Source: Centroscyllium fabricii
Lineage: Eukaryota
Reading direction: 5' to 3'
NCBI GenBank assembly: GCA_051313645.2
Contig: JBNRSN020000008.1
Span: 66,650,001-66,714,000 of the forward strand
DNA: 64,000 nucleotides
Part shown: positions 46,593 to 58,700 of the stretch, in pieces
How the letters are laid out: every line of letters begins with the position of its first letter
Position numbering within the stretch: the first letter of the stretch is position 1
Made by a program: the position numbers and the translations under genes
Notes under the pieces: model-generated
What the model saw: the letters and a program-made list of their open reading frames with translations, nothing else
What the model was told of the DNA's origin: nothing
The model's database searches: none

Positions 46593-47730
46593 AAATGCAA
46601 GAAGTCACACAACACCAGGTTATAGTCCAACAGTTTTATTTTAAATCACAAGCTTTCGGAGCGTCTACCCCTTCGTCAGGTGAAAGAGAAGTTGATTTAA
46701 AGAACGCACATATGGAACCGGTATAATTAATTTAAAGTGAAAATAAATTACTTAGAGTACATTATTGTAGTTGATAATTCAATCTTACACACATGTAACT
46801 CCATTATTATAGAAGGTACAACATCTAAAGGAATTGGTTTGTGGGCCTGATCATTGGAGTTGGGATGCAAGGTCATCAACCTGTAATGTTAATCAGCTTC
46901 CGATCTTCGGGTGAGCATTCTCCAGGGTGGCCTTCGAGATACACGACAACGCAAAATCGTCGAGCAGAGGCTGATTGCCAAGTTCCGCACCCATGAGCAC
47001 GGCCTCAACCGTGATATTGGGTTTATGTCACGCTACATGTGACCCCGCCTGGCGTGGAGTCGTCCAGGCTCGAACCATCTTCGGCTTGCTCTGCGATTTT
47101 GAGTTAGAAAAATAATGGTTTTTATATTAAAAAAGTCATTCTGTGGGATTTACAGCAGACTAGCGTTTGGCCCTGTGACTGCACCCTTTTGATGTGTTGG
47201 AGAATCTTGGACTGCTTTGATGTCCCACCTGACATAGAGTCATCCGGACTAGGGACATTTTTGTCTTGTAAGGAAATTTCCCCCCCCACCCCCTTTTTTA
47301 TTTTTTATTTTTTATTTTTATTTTTATTTTTATTTTTTTCAAGTCATTCTGTGTGTTTTGCAGCATGTGACCCCCCTTGCGACTGTGCCTCGTTGCTCGC
47401 AGACTGAGGTGTTAAAATATGCTGATGTGCCTTTGTGTGCGCTCTCTCTGTCTCTAGGCAGAGATCGGATTTCTCTGTCTCTAGGGTGTGATGTGTATAA
47501 GATCGGATTTCTCCCCTCCTCCGATATCCACAGAATGAGATGTGTAAGAGATCGGATTTCTCCCCTCCCCTGATGTGTGATGTTTAAGTTCAGTCTCTCT
47601 CTGTTCACCTTGACGAAGGAGCGACGCTCCGAAAGCTTGTGATTTGTAATAAAACCGTTGGACTATAAATCTGGTGTTGTGTGACTTCTTGCATTTGTCC
47701 ACCCCAGTCCAACACCGGCACCTCCACATT
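46593..47730 (+). mobile_element. 5'-truncated Penelope-like element (family A) with inverted terminal copy
   Basis: 46893-47042 encodes SASDLRVSILQGGLRDTRQRKIVEQRLIAKFRTHEHGLNRDIGFMSRYM-stop (GIY-YIG C-terminus); terminal repeat at about 47605-47730 is mirrored at about 46593-46685. Confidence 0.8.
46646..46683 (-). ncRNA. Minimal Penelope-type hammerhead ribozyme motif
   Basis: UCAC-CUGACGA-A-GGGGU(AGAC)GCUCC-GAAA-GC-UU-GUGA: intact core, helix I UCAC/GUGA, helix II with GU pairs, palindromic AAGCUU in place of helix III. Confidence 0.65.
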
Positions 47731-47859
47731 AATGTTAATACGATAGCAAAGTACTGTGGATGTTGGAATGTTAATGCTGTTTCTCTCTCCACAGATGCTG
47801 CCTGATCTACAATCGTAGAATAGTACAGCACAGAAGGAGGCCATTCGAGTCTGAGCCAG

Positions 47860-48375
47860 CTCATTCGAAGAGCAATGCAGTTAGTCCCACTTCCCTGCTC
47901 TTTTTCCATATTCCTGCAATTTTTTTCTCCTTCAAGTATTTATCCAATTCCCTTTTGAAGGCTACGATTGAATCTGTTTCCACCACCCCATCAGGCAGTG
48001 CATTCCAAATTCTAACCACTTGTTTTGTAAAAAAGTTTTTCCATATGTCGCCTCGGGCTCTTTTGCCAATCACCTTAAATCTGTGCTCTCTCGTTATCGA
48101 CCCTTCAGCCATTGGAAACAGTTTCTCTTTATTTACTCTGTGTAAATCTTTAATGATTTTAAACGCCTCTATCAAATCTCCTCTTAGCCTTCTCTGCTCC
48201 AAGGAGAATAACCCCAGCTTCTCTAGTCTATCCCCGTAACTGTAATCCCTCATCCCTGGAACCATTCTAGCAAATCTCTTCTGTGTCCTCTCCAAAGCCT
48301 TCACATCCTTCTTAAAGTGTGGTGCCCAGAATTGAACACAATACTCCAGCTGAGGTCGAACTAATGTTTTATATA
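47860..48375 (-). mobile_element. CR1 LINE 3' fragment (a second one lies at about 49200-49705)
   Basis: LERTQKRFARMVPG...LGLFSLEQRRLRGDLIEAFKI. Confidence 0.88.
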
Positions 48376-49716
48376 GTTTTAGCTGAGTATTCCCAGCATT
48401 TTCTGTGTTTCTTGCAATTACATTAGCATAGCCTTCACCTCAGAGGCAAACTGCAATGGACTAGTTCTCTGTCACATGCTGCCATCTATACTTGCTAACC
48501 CACTAAATGAACACATCTCACCTCCAATGATTAGGCCCACAAACAAATTCTTTAGATTTTTTGCCTCATATAATAATCAGCTGAATCTCCTTCAGATCTA
48601 CGTTTTGTTAAAGATGCTGTCCTTTTAAAATTGCAATTTCAGTAAATTTTCATTTTCTTATCTTTTTTCTTTATACTTTTCTTTGTTTCATTTTTCTGTG
48701 TTCTACTGTTTCAGTTATTATTCCTACATCTGTTTATCTGATTCCATCTTTATTTATTTCTCCTTTTTGTGGTAATTTATCTCTTTTGTTCTCTATCAGC
48801 ATTTCCTCTTAATTTTTTTCCCTAGCCTCATGAAAAGATGAAAAGAAGGAAAAAGACAATTGAGCCCATCCCGCCCCACCCCAACATGGCGCAGCACACA
48901 CACCGTTTACTCAGTCCCCCCAAGTCACACAATGTCCTGGGTCTGGCAAAAAAAACAAGGGGAAAAAAAGATCAATTAAGGAAAAACTTTGGGAAATAAT
49001 ATGGCAAAGCTCCAGGAGAATGTGGCAACTGAAAATCCTCCTATTTCCAGTTATGACACAGATTTACCCACTATAACTGGACATGTTCTCTCTAGGAAGT
49101 TTTCCAGATCCCTTTTGAAGAACGACAGGGAATCCACACTCCTTCACAGAAGGAGGTGATTCAGCCCATCATGACTGGGCTGGCTTTATGAAAGAGCTAT
49201 CCAATTAGTCCCACTCCCCTGTTCTTTCCCTTTGGAAAGTTAATGTTGAATCTGCTTCCACCACACTTTCAGGTAGTGCATTCCAAATCATAACAAATTG
49301 GTGCATTAAAAAATTCTCATCTCCCTCTCTGGTTCTTTTGCCAATTACCTTAAATCTGTGTCCTCTGGTTACCAATCCTCCTGCCAGAAGCAGCAGTTTC
49401 TCCTTATTTTCTCTATCAAAACTCCTCATAATTTTGAATATCTTACTAAATCGCTCCTTAACCGTCTCTCCTTTAAAGAGAACAATCCCAGTTTCTCCAG
49501 CATCTTGGCATTACTGAAGCTGCTTGTCCCTGGTATATTTCTAGTAAATCTCCTCTGCACCCTCTTTAATGCCTTGACATCCTTCTTAAATTGTGGTGTT
49601 CAGAATTGGACATAATACTCCAGCTGAGGAGTAACGAGTGATTTATAATGCTTTACTATAACTTCTTTGCTTTTGTATTCCATGCCTCTATTTATAATGC
49701 AAGGATGTATGCTTAA

Positions 49717-50435
49717 ATAAAAACAGAAAACGCTGGAAATACTCAGCAGGTGAGGCAGCGTCTGTGGAGAGAGAAACAGAGTCAACATTTCAGGTCGATG
49801 ACCTTTTGTCAGAACTGGAAATAGTTAAAGATGTAACAGATTTTAAGCAAGTGCAGGGGCAGGGAACAGGGGGAGGGGAGGAAAGAACGAAAGGTGCTGT
49901 TCCTTGAGCTTACGTTGAACTTTGTTGGAACAGTGTAAGCGGCCGAGGACAGTGAGGTCAGAGTGGTCTGTGATAGGGTGGAAGGCAGGAGTGATTAAAT
50001 GACAAAAGGTATGATTGTGCAAAGCAAAAGGAGATGGTAATGGGACAAGTAAAGAAACAAAAGATGGTCTAGAGGAGGCGTAAATTGGCATAGCAGAATC
50101 ATTAACAGCTGCCATGTGAAAAAATATGGACAATAGTTATGGTCTGAACTTGTTGAACTCGGTGTTGAGTCCAGAAAGCTGTAAAGTGCCTAATAGAAAG
50201 ATGAGGTGCTGTTCCTTGACCTTGCGTTGAGCTTCGTTGGAACAGTGTAACAGGACGAAATCAGCGTTGGAGTGAAGTGGAGAATTAAAGTAACAGGCGG
50301 CCGGAAGCTCGGGGTCACGCTTGCAATCTGAACAGAGGTGTTCCGTAAAGCAGTCACCCAATCTGCGTTTGGTCTCCCTAATGTAGAGGAGACTGCACCA
50401 TGAGCAGCGAATACAGTATACTAAATTGGAAGAAC
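49717..50435 (-). mobile_element. Penelope-like element (family B), GIY-YIG endonuclease remnant and 3' end
   Basis: NLVYCIRCSWCSLLYIRETKRRLGDCFTEH...EQHLIFLLGTLQLSGLNTEF; related pieces at about 46240-46590, 51560-52160, 11105-11200, 43935-44025. Confidence 0.8.
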
Positions 50436-50544
50436 AGCAACTCGCCAAGGCTTCTTGGGCAGCACCTCTCAAACCCGCGACCTCTTCCACCTAGAAGGGC
50501 AAGGGCAGCAGGTGCATGGGAACACCACCACCATCAAGTTCCCC

Positions 50545-50875
50545 TCCATGCGCAGACCATTCACAATGGCCGAGCCGCTGCGAGCCTCCCCGAGCCTGGC
50601 CGCTGCGAGCCTCCCCGAGCCTGGCCGCTGCGAGCCTCCCCGAGCCTGGCCGCTGCGAGCCTCCCCGAGCCTGGCCGCTGCGACCCCTCCCCGAGCCGGG
50701 TCTCCCCGAATGATAAGCGCATGCGCAGACCACTCACAATGGCCACCGGCCTTTCGCGGTGGCCATTTTGAATGGTCAGCGCATGCGCTCGCCGAAGCTT
50801 CAATCATTCGGGATTTTCACTTTCCCGGCACGGGCCTGGTCCCGCCCATGCCGGATTAACGGTGCTCAACCTGTA
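50545..50875 (+). mobile_element. Tigger/pogo-like MITE copy 8 (right half) with 25-nt tandem repeat, about 5 units at 50574-50697
   Basis: Right TIR CCGGATTAACGGTGCTCAACCTGTA; repeat unit GGCCGCTGCGAGCCTCCCCGAGCCT. Confidence 0.75.
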
Positions 50876-52430
50876 TTAGCGTAGAAAAGCCCAAGTTTTC
50901 ATCAGTTCCACTAATTTGAATGACTGAGCACAACTTCAGAATTTCCCGTTTAGATGCGCTAAATCTTGAAGTTGCGGTCAATTTCAGAGGGGTAATGACG
51001 GCGACCGCCGACAGTTCGCCGTCATCACCCATCGCAAAATCTGGGCCGGCCATTGAGTTTGGATCAATTTCTTTGGCAGTGGTGGGTGTCAACAAAGGCA
51101 CAAATTTCACTGTTGTTGATACGTGATGATATTGGGCCAAAAGATTACTAATTGTGACTTGATCTTTTAACACAGTTGTTCATGGAGAAATGAGACAGTG
51201 GAGCTAAAATTTGTGGGCCTATTATCCCAGCATAAGTACCAGGATTGGCCCATTGGGAACCTTCACCGCTATCCCCACCAGACATTCTCGGGTCAAGGGG
51301 AGATTCCCTCATTTAAATAATCCTGACAGATGCCTGCACTACTAGAGCCGCTTCATGGATGCTTGCCAGCTTGGGGAGGCCGCAAAATTCAATAGAGGTT
51401 TCTGCATTTGGGGAGGTGGGGGCATGATTCGGTGGTTCCGGGATCCCTCTCTGAAAATATGCCACAGTGTGGCCCTTTGGCCCTCGGAATTGAGAAAATT
51501 CACAAAATAAAAACATTTCTTCAGTGGTACAGGTTTATGTAAACCAGGCCTGAATCCTAGACGATAATAAAATACTGCAGATGCTGGAAATCCAAAATAA
51601 CAACAGAAAATGCTGGAAAAACTCAGCAGTTCAGGCAACATCTGTAAGAGAGAAATAGGAGTCAATATTTCGGGTCGGGACCCTTAATCAAGACTGAAAT
51701 GAAACAGACGAGAAGGATAGAAGAGGGCTGTGAGAGAACAAAGGGACGAGCAGAGACAATGAGCGTTATTCAAAACGAGACGAGGTGGTAATAGGACAGA
51801 AGACAGCTCAAGATTAGGTGTGAAATGCGCTGGCTGAATAGGAGACAGCTGTCATGTGGGAAAGAGAAAAAAGGGGGGGCGGGGGAGGGCCGAGGCAAAG
51901 GTGTGGATAATGTAAAATAAAGGTAAAAATGTAAAGGGTTATGATCTGAAATTGTTAAACTCTATATTGAGTCCGGAAGGCTGTAAAGTGCCCAATCGGA
52001 AGATGAGGTGCTGTTCCTGGAGCTTACGCTGAGCTTCCATGGAACAATGTAATAGGCCAAGGACCGAGACATCAGAGTGGGAGTGAAGTGGAGAATTAAA
52101 ATGACAGGCGACCGGAAGCTCAGGGTCACCCTTGCGGACTGAACGGAGGTGTTCTGCAAAGCCCGAATCCTAGGTGGGCCACATTTGTGCCGCTGGGCAT
52201 ACCAGCCATTGCTTTTCCTCCAGTCTCTGGTCTCCCAACATTCTTTCAGGACCTTAAAATAATGCAAGCACTGTGGACTAGTGTACAATAAAGGCATAAT
52301 ATGTCCTACCTGGATAACAGATATTATGCTTCTCTGCAACAGGATCCTTCCAGGCTATTGTAGGAGACATCTGCCAGATAAGCCATTTTATACTTCATGC
52401 CTGCATAAAACAAGTGACTAATAATGCCAG

Positions 52431-52930
52431 ATGAAACAGCTTTATCATTTCCCTGTGAAAGGGAGTTACCAACTGGAGTGGGCATTACATTTTTATCAAC
52501 TGGCAGGCTTACCAAGTGTCTACGGTTTTATAGATGGAACTGAAATAGCCAACAGACCTCCATATGTCAACTCCAATGCATACATCAACAGGACAGGATA
52601 CCACTCCATAAATATTCAAGTGGTTTATGTCCACAGATGTTAATGCCTTTTATCCAAAGATCACCCATGACCTTGGGATGTTTTCCTACCTTAAATGTGC
52701 TATATAAATGCTGTTGTTGTTGTCTGGAGAATGGATGGCTGCAGGGGGACCAGTGCTGCCCTTTGCAGCCATGCATCATGGCTCAAATTAGAAACCCCAA
52801 TACACCAGCAAAGCACAGACCCAATGAAGCCCATGACATCACGTGAGTTACTGTTGAGCACACCATAGGGGTTCTAAAGCAATGGTCAGCTTGTTTGGAC
52901 TGTTCAGGCAGGTTATTATTCTGCAATCCA
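52431..52930 (+). pseudogene. Decayed PIF/Harbinger (HARBI1-like DDE) transposase
   Basis: AGLPSVYGFIDGTEI...YINRTGYHSINIQVV, then GWLQGD..PL.P..M..IRNPNTPA...NEAH...VEHTIGVLKQW..CLD; interrupted by stops and an L2-like tail at about 52640-52725. Confidence 0.75.
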
Positions 52931-53931
52931 GCCAGCTGCTGTGTTGTGGTGCCGCTCGCCCTGACATCGCCTTAGGAAGAACCTATAGGAAAAGAAAAGG
53001 AAGAAGAATTGCAATGCATTTCTGAGACAAAGCATGGGCCCCATGCCTCTGAAGCCACAGGCAATGTTCTCCTCAGTTTCCACTGGGAATGTGGCACATC
53101 TTCAATGCTGCCCACTTTTCAGGTCCCCTCATGCTCTGTGAATCACCTGATGCCACATCCTCACTTACGCTGTCAATATTCCACAGGGTGAAACTATCTG
53201 AGCTAGTGTGCGAGTGCTAAAGCAAGTGGCATGGGGTGAAATTGAGGGGATTGTGGCAGAGGAACATGAGACAGGATCTTGCTCCTGGAATTCCTGTGCA
53301 GTCTTGTCCTCAATATCCTCTTCCTCATTGTCATCATCACTGCCCAGGTACAGTACCTTGGTGATCTTTGTTGAGACTGAAGTTTGGAGGCTTAGTCTGC
53401 AGTGGCTGTGGACTGAAACCTGTGGCCCTTGGATATGAGGTTGCAAAAAATACCATTCTACCAGAAGAATGGTGGGGGTTACTGAAAATAACATTTGAGC
53501 AAAATTTCTTTTTACTCAGATTCAATGACGTGCCTTAACTACACAACTAAAACATCAGTGTGAAATTTCCTACATGCAACACCAACTATCACTATGATCT
53601 GCCTAATCTGTCCCATTTTGTGCTGAATTGTGGATAGTTTTGTGTTGTGGACCTTTACCTGCCAAGAACAAAGGTGAGAGCCTTAATCATTTCATTTAGA
53701 CCCTTACAAGCAATAGAGAGAGACAACTCCATCCGAACTAGACTGGAACTCCAGCTGATCAGCTAAATCAGTACAGACCCAGGATTTAACCTTGGATTTT
53801 CCTGGGCTCTATGGGTCAATATTCAGATGTGTAAACTCACTGAGTCAGCAGGAAAACCCACAGACCAAGTCTTACTTTCATTTCTTTAAGGTTGTTGAGA
53901 TGGTTCCATTGAATGTGCCCTTTTCTGATTC

Positions 53932-55745
53932 ATAAGAACATAGTAAATAATAACATAGTAAATAATAGCAGGAGTAGGCCATACGGCCCCTCGAGCCTGC
54001 TCTGCCATTCAATAAGATCATGGTTGATCATCGAACGCAACTCCGCTTTCCCGCCTGATCTCCATATCCCTTGATTCCCCATGAGTCCAACAATCTATTG
54101 ATCCCAGCCTTGAATATACTCAAAGACTCCGCATTCACAGCCCTCTGGGGCAGAGAATTCCAAAGATTCACAACCCTCGGTGTGAAAAAATTCCTCCTCG
54201 GTCTTATCCTGAGACTATGATCCCTAGTTCTAGACACTCCAGCCAGGGGAAACAACCTCTCAGCATCTACCCTGTCACTCCCCTTCAGAATCTTGTATGT
54301 TTCAATGAGATCACCTCTCATTCTTCTAAACTCCAGAGCCTATAGGCCCATTCTACACAATCTCTCATCATAGGACAGCCCTCTCATCCCAGGAAACAGT
54401 CTAGTGACCTTAGTTGCACCACCTCCAAGGCAAGTATATCCTTCCTTAGATAAGGAGACCAGAACTGTGCACAGTACTCCAGGTGTGGTCTCACCAAGAC
54501 CCTGTACAATTGTAGCAAGACTTCCTTACTGTTATAATCCAACCCCTTTGCAATAAAGGCCAACATGCCATTTGCCTTCCTTATTGCTTGCTGTACCTGC
54601 ATGAAAGCTTTCAGTGTTTCTTGTACGAAGACACCCAAATCTCTCCACACCAACATTTGAAAGTTTCTCCCCAGTTTAAAAAATATTGTTTTTCTGTTCT
54701 TCCTACCAAAGTGAATAACCTCACATTTCCCTACATCATACTCCATCTGCCACCTTACGGCGGGGCGGGGCCTAAAATCACAGAACCGGGGGGGTCCCGC
54801 CCCGCCGGATCGCCGTCGGTTTGTAACGTTCGGGCGGCGTGTCCCGCCGTCCCAAAACTTTCCCGCCCGCCACTGGCGGGGATGCTAGTTAAAGTAGTTG
54901 AAGGCCCTTAATTGGTCTGCATAATGCCATTTTAAGGGCCCTCACCTATTTTCCACCCCTTACCACCCAAACCCCACCATCTTAAAACCCCGCTGGTGAA
55001 AACCCAGCAGGAGCACAGTGGTCTTGGTAACTTTCTCCTTCAAGGTGTTGAAGGACCTAGAGCAGAATGCTTTCCCGGCCTTCAACACCTTGAAGGTGTA
55101 AGTGACTCCCTTGGGTGAAGACCAGCTGTGGGGAAAAAAACTTAAAAATCTTACCTGACAGCCGGTCCCTAGCTGTCAAAGATTTGCAGCCCGCCCACCC
55201 ACCTGTCACTCAGAGCACTTGGCCTTTCCCATTGGTTGCACTCCACTGTGATGTCACAGTGGAGTGTTTCCATGGGAACTGTAAACCCACAGTCCCCGCA
55301 GCTGTCTGTCAACCTCCTAAAATCCCTGAGGCAATTACCAGGGGCTCCCCGCACGCGGCGATTTAATTGAGCAATTAAAGGAAAATAATGTCGGCTTTCC
55401 AGGCCCTTGGGCGGGCGGGCGGGACAGGAACCCGCCCCGACCAATCCCCGCCAGGTTCCCGCACCTCCGGAAAAATCCCCCCCACTTAGTCTATCTATAT
55501 CCCTTTGCAGACTCTTTGTGTTCTCCTCATAGCTTACTGTCTCACCTAGCTTTGTATCATCAGCAAACTTGGAAACATTACATTCGGTCCCTTTATTTCG
55601 GTCGTTAATATAGATTGTAAATAGCTGAGGCCCCAACACTGATCCTTGCGGCACCCCACTAATAAGAGACTGCCAACCTGAAAAAAGATCTGTTTATCCC
55701 TACTCTCTGTTTTCTGTCCGTTAACCAATCCGCTAGCCATGCTAT
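53932..55745 (-). mobile_element. CR1 LINE fragment split by a GC-rich non-autonomous insertion (about 54755-55483)
   Basis: PQGSVLGP/FADDTKL at 55485-55654 continue as KCEVIHFG/RPHLEY at 54384-54750. Confidence 0.85.
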
Positions 55746-58700
55746 TCATCCCCAAACAAATTGCCCCAATTTTAATTTTCAATAAGGTTTCTGCTTGATT
55801 GTGCTGTTTTTTTCGGCGTAATTCGCCCGATATTGGAGTAACTGGTGCAAATGAAATTGGAATTTTAAATGTAAATTGCGTTCAGTGCAAATCGAGTTTC
55901 TGAGATCTTTTGCGCCAGTTTTAAAAAATCCCGCTAGAAACAGGCCCCGCCCACAAAACTGACCACGGAAAATGAATCACCATTGGGAGTTTCCACTACT
56001 TGCCCTCGTTTGCAAGCCTTTGAGGCAGCTCCAAAAATTCAGCTGGATCTTTTGGGCGCAAGAACACCAACAGATAAGTTTTGAAAGATTTTGAATGATT
56101 TTTAAAAATGTATTAAGGAACTGACTACTGTAATCGTATCTAACTAGAAAATAGTTTTAGATGTTTTTTAAAAGTTAATTTCAGTCATTTAAAATCAGGC
56201 TACTCAGGTGGATTGACACTGTAATTTAAAATGCTTATTTTTTTGTGATAAATCCATTTCCAGCTGTATTAATCAAACTTTACCAAGTTACTATTCTTAA
56301 ATATATCAAGGAATTTTTTTTTAAGCAAATTTTTTTAAATTTATGTTTTAAAACGCTGCCCGATTGGGCTGGTTCATGGCAGATTTTGCATTCACCGATA
56401 TGCAAATGAGTTTGAGCAGAAACTCTGGGTGGGGGGAGAAACACTTTTCAAAACGGGCGCAATTTTGGGTATAATTTGCGCCGGAATCGCCAATTGTGCC
56501 CAAAGCGGAAACTCTACCATATACGATTGTGAGAGGGCTTGATCGGGTGGATGCGGTGAGGATGTTCCCAATGGTGGGTGAAACTAGGACTAGGGGGCAT
56601 GATCTTAAAATAAGGGGCTGCCATTTCAAAACTGAGATGAGGAGAAACTTCTTCACTCAGAGGGTGGTGGGGCTGTGGAATTTGCTGCCCCAGAGAGCTG
56701 TGGAAGCTACTACGTTGAATAAATTTAAAACTGAGATAGACAGTTTCCTGGAATTAAAGAGAATTAGGGGTTATGGTGAGCGGGCAGGTAAGTGGACGTG
56801 AGGCTAGGTTCAGATCGGCCATGTGATCTCCTGGACCAGTTTTCGATCGCCTAGATGGGTCGGAGAGGAATTTTCCTGATTTTTTTCTCCCAAATTGGCT
56901 ACTGGGTTTTTTATCTGGTTTTTCGCCTCTCCCGGGTGATCACATGGGTCTGGGCGGGGTGGAGAGTAAAAATATAATTGAGGTTAGGATCAGATCAGCC
57001 ATGATCTTGTTGAATGGCAGAGCAGGCTCGAGGGGTTGATTGGCCTACTCCTGCTCCTATTTCTTATGTTCTACCCCCCCTTTATTTGTTCTTGCAATGT
57101 CGGCAACTTTGCCAAGGCCACATTTATTGCCCATTCCTACTTGCCCTGAGTAGGTGGTGGTGGGCCTCCTTGAATCGCTAGCAGTCCTTGTGGTGATGGT
57201 GCTCCCTCAATGTGTTAGGCAGGGATGGTATTGGGGATGAATTAGATTACAGTTATGAATAGAAAAATAAAAACTAGTGCATAAAACCACATAGTTATTA
57301 ATGAAAATAGCTCTTATTGAGTTTGTTGTATTGGCACCTCCCTATTCACAATGAGATGGTGTTTTCAGAGTGCACAGACACAGCAATATAAATAGAATAC
57401 AAATATTTCAAAATGTTAATCTTTTATTCACATTTCTATTGAAATACCACAAGCCTGGACAGATTGCAGTTGATCTGTCCTATTTCAGTTGAAAGCATAA
57501 AACAATTAAACTGCACAATTTGCTACTGACTCATGGTTCACAAAACAAAATACACGAAGGAAAATATTGGCAAGTTCTCATTTGAGTTAATTAGTGAATA
57601 CTTTTTATCTGAAGCAATGAGAATTTGAAAGTTTAAATTAAATGTGAAATACATACTGAAAAGAAGTTCTGAAAACTAGGGGTGAAACTCAAATGGGGGA
57701 ATACATTACAGATTGCGATAACTTGGGGTGAAATTCCTCCTGTTGATAATTTTAATGAAAAAAGCTGGTAGGAGGATGATTCCACAGGTGGAATGTCAGA
57801 CCGTAAGACCAACATTGCTGCGTGGAATTGACATCTTATTGTATTATTGCTTTCATTCCTATACAGATACCCCGAAGGGACGGAGCTCCTCATACAACTT
57901 TCTTTTACTGTTTGACTGCAAAACAGAATATTAATGTACATGCAGAACTGACTAACAGTATTATTGCCGATTCCAATTGAAAATATATATATTTTCTTTT
58001 AAAATGGATTCTGTTTCCATTGGTACATTAACTCAGACAAACATCTGTGTAATAGTTAGAAAAAAACATAGAAGATAGGAGCAGGAGTTCTATTCACAAG
58101 TACCACGGTTGTGCTAATGTGGCACACAGCATATTTAAATATATGAATGCGGTTTTAGCATGGTTGGAGAATGGAAAAGGAATGTTGTGAACACACATGC
58201 AAGTCATGAATAATAGTGCACAACAATTATAAAATAAAGGTAGAATGTTTATACTTAATATATATTTATTCATTATAATATATTCTGGGCAAATATATTA
58301 AATAAATACTTTTTAATACTTCTCATGTTTTTTGTCAGTAGGTTTATTTTAAAACTTGTGACTTGATTAAATGTTACATAGTGTAATACAGAACCTCTCC
58401 GCTATTTGCCATGAGAATAATTAAAACCAAGTACCCTGTATTCAATTGTCAGCTTTGGAAACGACTTAAAGCTTTTGCTAAAGTGTTAAATCACAAGCTA
58501 ATCTAATCTTGAATGTTGACAACAGCTATTATAATGCAGATGATTTGTACTGACCAGTATCTATATAATATGTTGCACAGCTGGGAGACCCAAGTTACAC
58601 TGCCGGGGAACTCCCCATAGCATTCATTGAGCTCACTGACAAAGAATTTAGTGCAGTGTGCCTGGATGTATGTGCGGGATTCTGCTGCTGGCAGATGTTA

